DNA from: Camelus dromedarius
Lineage: Eukaryota
Assembly: GCF_036321535.1 (NCBI RefSeq)
Contig: NC_087437.1
Location: 85,934,001-85,998,000 of the forward strand
Reading direction: 5' to 3'
Length of the DNA stretch: 64,000 nucleotides
Notes under the pieces: model-generated
Databases searched by the model: none
Told to the model about the DNA's origin: nothing
Seen by the model: only the letters and a program-made list of their open reading frames with translations
Part shown: positions 24,501 through 37,789 of the stretch, in pieces
How the letters are laid out: every line of letters begins with the position of its first letter
Position numbering within the stretch: position 1 is the stretch's first letter
Program-made: the position numbers and the translations under genes

Positions 24501-27003
24501 TAGATAGATGCCAGTGACACGGAGAAGCCCTCTGTACTTACTGCTACATCCTGAGACTAAAGGATGGCTGGCATGTGTTTAGACAATCCCCATTCCAGTT
24601 TTCCAGTCGGGCAGTGACATATTGTGATATGTTCTTGTTGACCTGATATTTTGTATTTCACTTTTCTTCAATTAATAGAAGTTGAATCCAACTTCTCCAT
24701 GCTTTTACATTGTTTCAGTTCTCCCATGCAAGTAAGAAGTAGTCCACACTTCTCAAGACACTGGCTTTCTCAATTTACAGTGTTTCCTAAACACACTGAG
24801 TAGACAAGCGGACATTGTTTCCAAACATTTCAAAGAAAAAGAACTAAAAAAGAAAAGTATCATTTAACACCATCTCTTCTTATTGATCCAGGCAGAATTT
24901 AATGGAGTGGCCCTCCGGTAAAGCCCATAAAGGGCTTAAAGCTCCCCAAAAGAAGTCAAAGGGGAGATTTCCTTAGAGTGAGCAATACAGCACAGGAACC
25001 CAGAAACACTTAGAAAATGATAGGGACAGCACATGATTAAAAGCCACAATGAGAGAATGTGATAATAAGTGTTATAGACATTCAGAGCATGGAGAGATCA
25101 GGGGGCTGGAATGATCAGAAAGTTTAACAATGGAGGAGGAACTTTAATAGGAGTCTTGAAAGATCTGCAGACTCTCCCTTTTCTCTGCACTCATTTTCTA
25201 ATCATTAGCCACAGTAATGAGCATGGTACCTTTAAAGAACAATAAGGAACCCTGCCTGGCAGATTGTTCAAATGCAGCCCTGCAGGTACTCCCACCCAGT
25301 TACTGACCCATCCGGCTAACAGCTCACACCGTAACTCTCTGCTACCTGAGACACAGAAACAGGCACACTTCTCTCAATGACAAGACCCTGCCAAAGGGTC
25401 AAGGGGACTGTCTGGAGGTGTTGCACTTCAGTTAGCACCATTTCACAAAGTCAACAAGAGAAACTCTAATACCTTTAATGGAAAATTTTTGACTACCTCA
25501 ACTTGTCTACTAGTAAGCACTAAAATAAGAACAGATTTTAAGGAATAAGATTCATACAAATATGAAGTGGAAAATTATGTATTAGAGTTGATATTCTTGC
25601 AAAAACTTAATACTTCTTAGAGGCAGACTAATAATGTCCACACACATGTCTGGGAAGCTCCATGGACCAGGGATTAGGTACTGCAAGCTAACTAAGGAGA
25701 AGGATTTTATAAGTCAGCCCTTGTTAAGGAGAGCCACAAACTACCAGTGACTAGGAATAAAATAATAGGATTTTGCATATTGCAAAAAATGTGCACAGGG
25801 AATATGTGAGAGGAGAAAAATTATGAAATAGTTTCTTATAAAGGACAAAAGCAGTTGTGATAGAAAAAAATATAATTAGTTGCTTATTTGACTTTCACTA
25901 AGGATCTAGCTAGCTCTAGAATTATCTCCAGATGTAGAATGGAGTCCTGTCACTATGATATATATTTCACTGACAGTCCAAAAAAAAATTTTTAAAAGAG
26001 GAAAAGTCAGAAAGTCTTCTAACCCTAAAGCAGGACTCCTAAGTCTTAAGTGCTAATCTGTTGCCACTTAATCCCACTAAATGCTTACATCATATTGGTT
26101 CATTCTCAAAAATCCTCAAATCTTCATTAGAAAATCTGCTTTGTTTTTTCCCCATATCACTTTCATCTTTCTCCCATTTCCTTCAGCTGTTCTCCAGTTT
26201 TTCTCTCCTTTTCTCTGGTGCCTATCCCAAGAATGTACAAGCAAAATCCCCCTGCAAGAGCTCACTCATAGCATTGGGATCACATAATCCCCTCGGTCTC
26301 TGATGCACCTCCTGCAGTTTCATGATAATGTGTGCAAATAGAGCTCTGTGGCCCCAAGGAAATCTGAGTAGGCAGGGCTTGTTCTTGTACACACTGGAGT
26401 TCCTTTTCTGCCTTCCTACTCTGCTCGGAGGTTCCCTCTACTTTCAAGTTCCTTGTTTCTCTTATGTCTTGTCTACCCTCCCTGTGGCCAAAAGTTTCTG
26501 CCAGGAGAGAGTCAGTTATTAGTCAATTATACCTCTTCTGAGTTTAATTAGAAACATATATCTCTCAGGATAATTACAACGTAAGCTCATCACTAATAAT
26601 ATGTTGAAAGGCTTGACATACATACAGGTAAGGATTCTAAATGACAAGCAGTGGAAAAGATCTTTTCACGGAATCCTTTCAGTAACCACATCTTCTATCC
26701 ACCTGCTCCTGGTAGAAGATGAGGTGAAACTAACAGTCCTCTCTTCTTTTTCCTATCCTCAGAGTCAGAACTGCAGACAGTTTCCTTCCTTACTGAGTTT
26801 TCAGTTACATATGTCTATTCACAATTGAACTCCTGGGAGGCATATCCAGGGGTATGGAAGAAATTTATTCCAAAGGGATCATGCTCTTTATTAATGTCAA
26901 TCAGTCAACATTTGAACATCACCCCTCACTGCGACTCCACAGACTCCCTATGGGACATGTTCTTACAATGTCTTGCTATGTCAGACTTCTCAGTCACTTT
27001 TTT

Positions 27004-27222
27004 AAAAAAGGAAGGAAGAAAGGAAGAAAGGAAGGAAGGAAGGAAGGAAGGAAGGAAGGAAGGAAGGAAGGAAGGAAGGAAGGAAGGAAGGAAGGAAGAA
27101 AGGGAAAGGAAAGGGAAGGGAAGGGAAGGGAAGAGAAGAGAAGAGAAGAGAAGAGAAGAGAAGAGAAGAGAAGAGAAGAGAAGAGAAGAAAAGATAAGAA
27201 AAGAAAAGAGAAAAGAAAAGAG
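27004..27222. repeat. Compound polypurine microsatellite (GGAA)n-(GGGAA)n-(GAGAA)n-(GAAAA)n
   Basis: Only purines on the + strand from 27004 to 27222 except one T at 27195. Confidence 0.98.
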
Positions 27223-28424
27223 TACCCAGACCCTCACAAGCATTCTGCTAGTACCTAATTATTTGTATCCTATGTGGTGCTCCCCAGGGGTGGGGGAGGG
27301 GGGTAGTCAACTATATAGCATGTGCATTTGTGAGAAATCCTGTGTTCTTATAAGCTTGAAATATAAATTGTCACTTTTTAAAATGATTTTCCTATATAGT
27401 AGTGAATGAAATGGGAAAAGCAAAGTAGGAGCTTTGATAAAAACTGTGAGCCTGGACTATCTTCTAAAAGAAAATACTCTTTGTACCAGTTTCATCTGCA
27501 TTACAAACATCTAGAAGTCAGATCCAATATATTAATTTTCATTTCCCTAAAACATGTCACCGGGTACAAGGAAGGTACTTAATAAAAATTTCTTTAAAAA
27601 ATAGTTTTTAATGGAAATTTTGTCTCAGTCAGACAGGGCAATCCTTTGAATCTCAAATTCTGCCTTTAGCAGTGATTACAGATAATCTACAGGCAAGCAC
27701 TTTTTTTTATTAATTACAACAATTTCAAAATATTGAAATGGAATAATAAATATTCATAGCTTACTCTTTTATAGCCCATTTTGGCCCAATTATCCATGTA
27801 GTTATCAGAATTTTTTTTTCTCTTTTACTTTATGTTCAGAGCCAACTATAGGCTATTCTATTTACTGAATATACTCTCCCAATTCACCTATAATTTGGAG
27901 AAGTTTTAGATGACACACATTTCAAAATTACATAAATTCCTTCATAAAAATTTCTAGTACATATATTCAATCTATATTCATAACCAACTAGCATATTCCC
28001 TGAATTCAGAAAATATCTTTCCCACCATAGATTTTCAGTTTCTAAATTAGTTTGTATTTTATGATGGCAAAAATGAACTTCAAAACCTACCACTTTTGAT
28101 AGCCAATCAAATAATTCTAGAAATATTGAATAAACCTGCATAAGAAGATATTAAACATTTTAAAATAGTCTAATTACTAGAAATAAACATTTACTTGGTC
28201 TATGTTAGTTATCTTATTTAAGTCATGCAACCAAATCATTTGCATGCCAGTTAAATACATACAATATCTAACCCCTAAACTACTAGAATTATTCAGGGAA
28301 TCATCACGAAAAGGGATAAAGAGAAGATAGCTCTGCATTGTTGAGAGACAGTATCATATTCTAGAAAATATTTTTTTCTGGGCAAATGTAATAGTGTCTT
28401 GATTGAAAGCTTCTTTTTTCCATG

Positions 28425-28900
28425 TATCCAGTTATTTGTTCAATAAATTCTGAACAATTACTTTGTACTTGGTTGAATGGAGGATGTGGTTATTTCTCTC
28501 AAGGTAATCTTCTAGTATCAAGAAAACATACATACATGAAGACCAGACTGCAATAAAACGGTATAAGACATCATGTGATAAGTGTCCTGAGACAGCTTTT
28601 AAAAGCTACTGATGTTTCAAAGGCTGGAAAGCTCTTTCTATCCAGGGAAATCAGAGAACTTTTAAACCAAGGCGTGGTCGTGCAGTCTAAGCAGGATTTC
28701 AGGAGCAACGAGGAGCATTTAAGTTAAGGGAATGAAAATGCAAAGAGTTAGAAGTGGGAAAGTACATGTATGAAAATAGTGAGAGATCAGACTAGACAAG
28801 TAAGTTAGAGCCTGACCCCTGGGGAGCCTTAAATGATATGCTTTTGACTATAGATTCTATTTGAAATGAAATATAAGACTTTTGAACAAGTAAGTAGAGC
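28425..28900 (-). mobile_element. LINE-2 (old, degenerate)
   Basis: Antisense L2 pattern: ttatttgttcaataaattctgaac...tgtgataagtg...ggagccttaaatg...gacttttgaacaag. Confidence 0.55.
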
Positions 28901-29066
28901 GCTGGGCGCTGCCTTCAGGAAGAACAGAGAACCACTGCTGCTGGAACAGTTCTTCCCCAGGATGGCTGGATGATCAGGTCTAGGGTACATCCCCATGTTT
29001 ACTGCATGCTGGATACACTAGATACTGGGGAGACAGTGTTTACCCTCTAATGATGGAGAAAGACAA

Positions 29067-29548
29067 TGCATGGGTGGAAAACGTCTCCCTTCTTCCCTTC
29101 TAGGTTCTTTTGCTGGCCTAATAATTAAATTGACATAAGACAGATTAACAAAATAAAAACAAATTTAATTTTGTATGTACCAGAGTCCCATAAAAATATA
29201 AGACTCAAAGAAGTAACCAAAGCAGGAAACTTTTATACCTTTTAGACAAACAATAAATTTGAAAAGACTTGACAAGACAAAGGGGTTTGGATTTGGGTTT
29301 GCCGTAGTAAACTGGTGAAGAAGTAACCTCTGGGCCCTAACTTCCCTATCCTTGGTGATGAGGATGTTTTCTACCCTCCTGGTACAGAGATAGTACCTTC
29401 CACATGGGAGATTCATTCCCTGCTTTCAGGGGACAGAGGAGGGTCAGAGTATCCTTCTTGTACTGGCTGTTTCTCAAGTACCTACGTTCAGCTCAAAATA
29501 ATATGCCAAAGTGGCATATTTGAGGGTGCCATATTCTGCTTCCCTTTG
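29067..29548 (-). mobile_element. ERV1 (MER4-group-like) solo LTR, related to 22097-22577
   Basis: Its reverse complement shares the head gggaagcagaatatggcaccctcaaatatgccactttggcat and the tail tgttaatctgtcttatgtcaatttaattattaggccagc with the 22097 LTR; the middle differs. Confidence 0.85.
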
Positions 29549-30576
29549 TAATAATAAATAAGTAGAAAAAAATAAATAATGATAAATAAGTAAACAATTT
29601 AAGTAAACAATTTAATCAGGATTTTACACACAGTATCCACATTTTAAGTGAAAAAAGTATATTTGAAGCACTTGGCTCAGTGTTTGGCATGGAGTCAACA
29701 CACTGCTACAATAAACTTCTATAGTGATCTACTTGGGTACAAACAATCTCTTCCTTTCCTTAAAGTTAGTTATTTCATTATTCAGAAACAGAAAAACAAT
29801 TATTTAAAATCCTTCGTAAGTCTGGCACATGAAGATAGAAAGCAAGCTATATACGAGAGGCACCCACATAAAGATTGGGTTCTGCTTTTTCTGCTAAAGG
29901 AAAAATAAAGTAAACGATTCCTCTGTCATTAGATAGAGGAAGCAGCCAGCTGATCTTACGATTCCTCTCGCCTTCCACAAAATACAGCAGGAAAGAGTGA
30001 TTTCTAGGAAGTTATGTCCTTATTGTGAACTGAAGAAGTTTTTAAACAACAATCAACAAGTATTTCCACATTTTCCTCAAATATTTCATTTCCTCTGAAG
30101 CCTGTTGACAGTTATCATCTGTCGTTTATCTCATCTGTTTCCAAGTTGGACTACAGTATGCTGAGAGGCAAAACTCCAGGACCAAGAAACCACTGTTGTG
30201 CTTCTCAGTGAAGCAAAGGCAGACGAGCCCTGACGATGCTGTCGTCCTGATCGGGGATGTTACTGGGCAGATGTGGCTGTGATCTCTACAGCTGCATATA
30301 ATACAGTGTCATATAATATAGGTATAACATGTGTGGTCTTTGTAATATTTTCTAGGGATTCAGGGCAAGCATTAGCTATGGGAAAGTGCTATTCCTATTG
30401 AGTTTTCTGTTACACTTTGAACAAATATCAAATAGAAACTAACTGCAATGAGTAAAAACATTTGAAATCATTTCTCCACAGGTAGACTATTAGCTGAGAC
30501 TTTAGAAGGAAAATGCATTAAGACAGAAAAAAAAAATGATGAAGTAACACTATAAAACATCATTATGTTGGTGTAT

Positions 30577-30782
30577 TAGCTGTTCTCAAACATCAATATG
30601 CACATAATCACCCCAGAGACACTGATACAATGCTCCAGGAAGGAGCTGCCCGGGAATCTATCTTTAACAATTACCTCACAAATTCAGCAATCATCTCATA
30701 ATATTTAGTAATCCTAATATAGGAGGTCTCCAAAGCATACTCTGAGCTCCTAATGCATCCTTTGGAGAAAAGCAGTTTAGGG
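30577..30782. mobile_element. MER5-like hAT MITE
   Basis: gttctcaaac...tgcacataatcacc...cccgggaatctatctttaacaa...ctttggagaaa. Confidence 0.5.
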
Positions 30783-32329
30783 AATTATAGTAAAAACACA
30801 ATGGTGCTTCTTTCAAAGTGATAAGACTATGGGTAACTGGTATTTGGTATACACTTTTATATATCTCTAAATTTTCTTCTATGGACATTGGTCATTCTAA
30901 AATTTAAAAATCAAATGAAGTAAAATGTAAAATTAAAGAGTTTTATTCAACACATAGACTTTTACGTTAGGAACAGAGAGTGATTACCTTAACATAAATA
31001 GAAACTTTAATGTTTTTAAAATTTTTGTCAGTAGCAACTGTGTATTATTCTTTTCTGTATCTCAACACTTTATTTAGTGTAGAATACCATTAAATATTTG
31101 AAGATGACAGAAGAACATGCATGTATGGCTGAGTGAAGGAAAAATAAAATTTGATGGATAGATGGAGGACTGGACCGATAAGAAGGAACAATAGATGGAG
31201 AAAAGGAATATGTGAATGGATAGACAAGGAGGGGACAATAGAAAGACAGAATGCTTGAGGGATGACAATTAATTTATGTGCATGATTCTGAAAGAAGGAT
31301 AGTAGTTTGAGTCTTTTGTTGAGTCCCATTTTATTTTAAATTACACTTGAGCTGGTGGTATTTAGAGTCTATATGATTATGGAGGAGTTATAAACAGAAA
31401 TTCCACCAGACAAGGATCTAGGAATTGAACTGGTTCCACTTAATGTAAGAGTCTAGGATGGCAGAAGAGAAGACACTCAGACAGGAAAGCTAACCATCTT
31501 TCAGAGCACCCACAACTGATACGCCTGGAGAGACGAATGTTTCATAGTGACATTCCAGTGAAGTACAGCTTTCTGGTTTGGCTCATATTCTGGTTAAGAA
31601 TCATTGTCTTATTCTCACTTACTCTTTATCAACCATTAAGAAAATTGCTGTAATAATAAACACAATAATTTTCTGTCACGTTGTGCTCTACCATTCAGTC
31701 TGTGATCCTCAGAAGAACACTTCACTTTTGGAACACACTTAGACTCATCTCTAAATGGAAGGCTAGAAGATATCAGAAAACTTTTGTGAATTTTTAGCAG
31801 GGCTGAGCCTCAGGAGTAACCTAAATGTGTCATAAGCACATCAGGCAACCGGAAGCTTACAGCTTGATAAACAATAAATAAGTCTTTTGTCTACTTTGAA
31901 CTCTCAAATTATATGCTCTTTCCTTCTCTGGGAGAAGATTAGTTGTGCTGAGAAATGCAAGGAATTCAATTTACACATCTCCACATGAAGTTTCCATCTA
32001 GCCAGGAATAAAGAGGATTTTCTTATCCAACTTGTAATCATCCTAGAAAGTTTAAAAACATTTAGATACATTCATACTCAACTTCCGGTAACCCTTAGCT
32101 TAGTTCTACCAGGCTGATGAAGGAGATAAAGTTTAACATACATGTCAGGTCACACAGAAGGGACTCACTAAACACCCCGATTGAACTAACAGATTTGCAG
32201 GTTAGAAAGCAGTTTCACAAAAATGACAGATATACCTAAAACATTTGGAGGTTTAAATTTTCAAAGTTGCTTAGTCACGGTGAACTACGACTATTTTCCA
32301 AATGTATACTTTTCAGATCTTTTGGTCAT

Positions 32330-32807
32330 TTTGATGGTTAACTTTATGTACCAACTTCACTGGACTATGGGGGCCCAGAATAAACATAATTTTGGGGTTT
32401 GTCTATGAAGGCGTTTCCAGATGAGATTGGCATTTGAGTAGGTGGGCTAAGTAAAGTAGCTTGCCCATCCTCCTGTACATGGGGATCATCCAATCCATTG
32501 ACAGCCTGAATGGAACAAAAGCAGAGGAAGGAGGAATTCACCTCTACTGTTTCTTGCCTGCCAGCCTGAGGTGGGACATCAGTCTTCTTATGCCCTTCTA
32601 ACGCCAGTTTATACCATTGGCTCCACTGGTTCTCAGGCCTCCAGACTCAAACTGAAATTACACCATGTGCCTTCCTAGGTCTTCAGTTTAGAGACAGCAG
32701 ATGACAAGACTTCCCAACCCCCATAATCACATGAACCAATTCCAATCAATCAATCAATCAATATCAGTCCATTGTTTCCATTTTTCTGGAGCACCCTGAC
32801 TAACACA
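32330..32807 (+). mobile_element. Complete ERVL solo LTR (MLT2B-like) with 5-bp TSD
   Basis: Starts (t)ttgatggttaactttatgt, contains gtttccagatgagattggcatttga and catccaatccattga, ends tctggagcaccctgactaacaca. TSD GTCAT at 32325-32329 and 32808-32812. Confidence 0.9.
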
Positions 32808-32844
32808 GTCATCATCCGTCAATACCTCTTCTTATAATTCTCAT

Positions 32845-33050
32845 CTCCACTTGTCTACCTGGCAAACCCTACAAGTTCTTTAAGGTTCAACTCAACCTTC
32901 AACTTTTCACTGAGCTCTGGGGAAAGAAAGCATAGTCATCCCATTCCCTGGGTCCCCACTGTACCTCATGTGTGCCTTTACCAATGCACTTACAACATTT
33001 TACTACACTTGCTGGTTTAAACACCACATCTCCCCTCTACAGCACTTAGA
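32845..33050 (+). mobile_element. LINE-2 fragment
   Basis: ctacctggcaaaccctac...ctttaaggttcaactcaa...gcacttacaacattttactac...tctcccctctaca. Confidence 0.55.
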
Positions 33051-33622
33051 GTGAGAGACAGAAAAAAAAATTTTTTTAAAGGTAAGGGTAAAAAAGACAC
33101 TGCCAGGAGCATCCCAAGATGACATGAAGTTTGCATCAGTTATTAAAAAGTCTGAGAGAGCTTACATTTAACTTGTTGAAAAAAGCCCACCATTCAAAAG
33201 CAAATGTTTAGTAAATACTTTGATGGTGATCTGAATCAAAACACTTTCCACCCTTTTCTTTGCTTGCTTTGAACACAAGAAAGACAGCGAAGAATAAAAA
33301 TGTCATCAGCCAGAAACAACTCAGCAATTTAAAATTTCTTAATTCAAAATGTAGACCCAGTAATATAAATTTTATTAATCAAATAAATAAAACAGTACCA
33401 TATGGTGATTTTGGAATCATGCCTTTTGAGTCATCCCCAGTTGCTTCTTGATTTCAGTGACTTTTCCTACTTATTTTGTGAGTAGAAAAGGAGTTCACTG
33501 GCACTTCACTGAATCCAAAAGTAAAAAATAATTGAAAACAACCAACAGAGAAGACATCTCAGTAGGAACAAAGGTCCTTGGGAAGCAAGTCTTGTCTGGA
33601 AGGAATAAAGCTAATAAGTAAT

Positions 33623-33679
33623 CCAGTTAAGGACCAGCTTAATAAGCCAGTTAAGGACCAGCTTATGAAGCCAGTTAAG
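33623..33679. repeat. 24-bp tandem repeat, ~2.4 copies
   Basis: ccagttaaggaccagcttaataag / ccagttaaggaccagcttatgaag / ccagttaag. Confidence 0.9.
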
Positions 33680-34194
33680 TTCTGCATGGTCAAGTATATA
33701 GAAGCTGGGGGAGAGTAAAAATGGATGCCAAACGCAGACAGAACAGGCAAGATAATAAGAAGTCTGATGAGAATTTCACAGTTGAGGTCTAAAGTATTTT
33801 CTGTTGCTATGTCAAGGTAAAAAGAGCATTTCAGAGGGTGTTTGCAAATGAGAACACAGAACAGAAAGAAATCCTTTAGGTGACCTGGAAGAAAGTTATT
33901 TCCTACTAAGAAGCAGCCATCCTCTTTCTTCCAGAGAGAAGCTGCCTAAACCAGTACAAAAGGATAAGAATGGGCCCCAGAACATGGAATGTAATCATCA
34001 CTCAAACAAAGAGGCTTATCCCTAAACAATTCTCTGATGCAAATATTTATATCCTTTTGATATTGTTCGATACCATGTTATTCAGAACAGAACTCTTCTG
34101 TGGACAAATGAGGAGGCAAAGAACATTAAAGAAAGATGAGGAGGTACAAACTCACTCACATTCGTATCTACAAACTCGAGCATTGATTGTGCAG

Positions 34195-34405
34195 TGTGCT
34201 GTGGGAGAAGCACTAAGTTAGATGCTTCCACATACTGCATGTCCTTGTTTAATCCCCATAAATTCTTCATAAGATGATCCTTCATTTTACAGATGAGGGA
34301 AATGAAGACCAGAAAATTTATTAATTCATCTAAGTGGCCAAAGCTAATGAGGAAATTTTCTAGGATTCAAACTCAAATCTATTAGCTACAAAGTTCATCA
34401 ACCCA
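34195..34405 (-). mobile_element. MIR SINE
   Basis: tttaatcccca...cattttacagatgagggaaatgaag...ggattcaaactca. Confidence 0.75.
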
Positions 34406-34889
34406 TGTTGAAAGGAGAAGCCAAACTCACATCCATTTTGTATTCGCATAAAATGAACCCTGGGTTAACTTTTATTAACATTTTCTTCATTTAGCATTGC
34501 CTACATATAACATCATAAACTTTAAGCCTGCTGGAAAATGAAATAAGGAAGAGAAGTTTTGTCACATTTTAAATATTAAAAAGGAAGAAAAATTACTTTG
34601 ATTTTTGATAAGTGACAAAATTGCTGCAAGCCAAAATCCTGCCACAGGATTAGAAATTGATTTAGTCTTTCAAAATATCTGACCTTCAGTTAACCCATAA
34701 AAGTAAGCGAAAAATTAAATAGAAATGTTGCAACACATCAAAATATGTTATAAAAACTGGACCAAATACGGTGCACTGGAAAAAATACCTACTTATTTAG
34801 AAATCTAAAATATAAAATATGCATTTTTCAGTTCTATCTTATTCTCACTATATTCAAGGCTTTATTTTTTATCTTCATTTCCACTATAT

Positions 34890-35270
34890 ATAAAGCATGC
34901 TGGCTTTAATTCTGTCCCCTGAGTACATCAAGCTCTTTCCCATTTTGGAGCCTCTGCTTTTGTTGCTTTGGTTTATATTCTTCCCCCAATTATTTGTATG
35001 ACTATTCCTTTTCATCTGTGCTGTCTCAACTCAAATGTCACATCTCATCTTCAATACTACTTCCTCAAAGATACTTTTATTGAACATCTCAGCTAAAGTA
35101 ACACCCTCTTTCTACGCCTCCAAACTCCAGAAGCATATGAAATTAAATAATTCAATGTTTTTGTGTGCATATTTTCTTCCTCCTGACACTAAGGTGCAAG
35201 CTCCCTGAGGGATGTATGTATTTATTTCTCTAGAACCATGCACAACACATGTTTATGAGCTGACTGATAG
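34890..35270 (+). mobile_element. LINE-2 3' region
   Basis: caagctctttccca...tctcaactcaaatgtcac...tgcaagctccctgaggg. Confidence 0.6.
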
Positions 35271-37789
35271 GCAGAATAGTAAAGTCATCATTTACAACAT
35301 GATTCATTTCTTTTGCTCTTTTATGATAACAAAAGGTTCTGGAAGCCTTGAAATATTGTTAGTAGTGCCTTATTATCTTTCTTTTTAAAATTTATGATAA
35401 ACAGGACTAAAAGCAGGCTAGAATGAGGTCATATATATCTGAGAAAATAAATACTCAAGTGTGAAAGCCCTTTAGTAACTCAAAATAAATCATAGTTTTC
35501 ATCTTATATCTTCTGCTACACCATTAAGGACCAGAACATGGTGTAGGTTCACAAAATCAATCAAAAGCAGGAAGTTCAATCAAGGAGAGAAACAAAACAA
35601 AAAAAAATTGGATCTGGTTTAGCACCAAGAGCCCAGGATCTTGCATAAAGTGAGCAAGGCAAATACAAATTTAAATCAGGAAGGAATACCTAAAATACAG
35701 CTCTGATTTGTCAAGTCAAGATAAGATACACAGAGGTGAGGGTCACATGCATACCCCAGTCCAGAAAGGCAGATACAGTCATGGGTGAAGTGGTAAGAGG
35801 CACATAGACGTGATCTCACTAATGGAGTTTCTGCCGTAACCTGAGACTAGCTTTCCTGTTTATTTAGGTCACGTTTTCTATTTGAAGCAGCCACCATCTT
35901 GTCTCACAACCAAGCCACCTCCACCCTACCCATTCTTCTGCCTTTTCCAGTTTTGTTCACCCTTCTTTTCCCAGCTCAAGCCCTTTCTTTGATATTAAGC
36001 ATTTCCAATAACTCCAACACCTAGAATTATCTTCTTTTCCTCAATACCTGTTGTTATTTCTATAGTCAGTACCATCATTTTTGCCACTTAATTGTTCTTG
36101 AAATAAGGGATTCAGCATTTTTCTCTAAAAAGCTTCTTAGGACAGAAATTATTTCTTTTGTGTGTTTTCTCATAGAGACACAACAAGGAAATGCTGACTG
36201 GAAATTTTACCTACATTTTCCATAGATAAAACTATTCACACTATCTATAATTATACCAAAAAATCATGGAACTCTTTTACTGCTTTTGGAAATGCCAAGG
36301 ACAGGTGGGTTCCAGGTAGCAACACTCTGAACCCAAAGTAAATCAAAACCTACCAAAAGAATGCTAACTCTGCAAGAGCCTCAGACACTTGGAGAGAAGT
36401 GATACTGTAAATTAAAAAAAGAAAAAAAGGCTCATAGTTGTTAAGATGACTAAAACAGAGAGAGTCTTTAAGGGAGTTCAGTGTGAGAGTGGGTGGAAAA
36501 GGGATTCAATGAAATTTTAAATACAGATCAAATATCTACTATGAGTGGAAACTAGGTAGGAAATTAGCATGTGGAGAAGAAGTAACTTGTGATATTACAT
36601 ATGGCTTTACAAGACTATTAGGAAAGGACAGCAAAGGAGAGAAGAAATTACATTTTTTAAATAGAATACTTAATTTTATCAATTATCCAGTTTGTCCTCA
36701 CACCTACTTGCTTTTAATGTTTGGCTATTAAAGTGAAAGAGAAAACTTTACAATGCAAGAAGGCAAAGTGAAGCGAGTTAGCAAGAGAAAGCAAGAATAC
36801 ATTGCTTTCACAGCAAGCCACGTGCTGCTTTCAATAAAAATGATGTATGACAAACCTGGAACCAATGTGAATGCAGATAAAACTTTTTCTTTTCACTGGG
36901 TAATTCTATAGCTGATACAAGCATTGCTGAATATTTATCATTTGAATGCAGAAAACCGTTTTGCCAATGCTCAATGTACAAACAATAAATATAAACATTG
37001 CCTTCCTCACAATTTTCTTTTATTCTTGCTCTGGCTTTTCCAGGACTAGGATAAATGAATAGTAAAGACCCACCTCACAGTTCACGAAACATGATAAAGG
37101 AAGCATAAATCCCCAAAATAGCATTGCTAACAATCTCTAAAAGAAGTAAATGGCCCATTGATCCTTTAAATGTTCCAAGTACAGCAGTTGAATGAATATG
37201 AGTCATACATTAAGTGGGATCATCTGGAAGGATGAATGGATCTTTAAGGTGAAGGGGTTTCTTGTCCAAAGCTGGCAGAAAAGGTATGCAAATATCCTTG
37301 CCTTTCGCATCTTGCAATATTAAGATAGTTGCGAATGTGTCACAGCTCATTTCAGTGTGAGCCCCGATCCATTTACAAAATGAAATCTTCAAAATCAACC
37401 CTCTCCTCAAGGGTGATGAAGCAAATTGACTTTGCATTGGTGGTCTCAGTAGAGTCAGAGTTTTTTTTTTTAATGGTTACTTCAGTAGTAGAATTGGAGG
37501 CAAGAAAGATATAAAACTGAAGGGATAAATTCTATAGGTCAGTATCAAGCACTCTAAATACTTTTTCTTGAACGAAGATAGAGTCAGACCTTCTGTCATT
37601 CCAGACTGCTGCTTCTCTCTCTTTACATGCAACATATAAGGAGACTCCAAGTCCTACATCGTTCATGCCATCAAGTTACCTTTAAAAGTCATATGTTCAT
37701 CTCCTTCACTACTGTCCCTGCCTGCTTCATAGGACAAAATCTCTGAGGCCCAAAAGACTAAAACAGACAATTATTAAGATTCTCTGTGT

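Noticed and set aside
27287..27303. G-quadruplex motif
   Set aside because: Only three G-runs (G4, G5, G6), so no canonical four-tract motif.
26825..27409. 194-aa, 134-aa and 105-aa ORFs with KEGR/REEKR or LFSSL repeats
   Set aside because: They are open only because the polypurine microsatellite has no stop codons.
22097..29548. Full provirus bounded by the two related LTRs
   Set aside because: The LTRs are inverted, differ internally, the first has its own TSD, and there is no gag/pol/env sequence between them.
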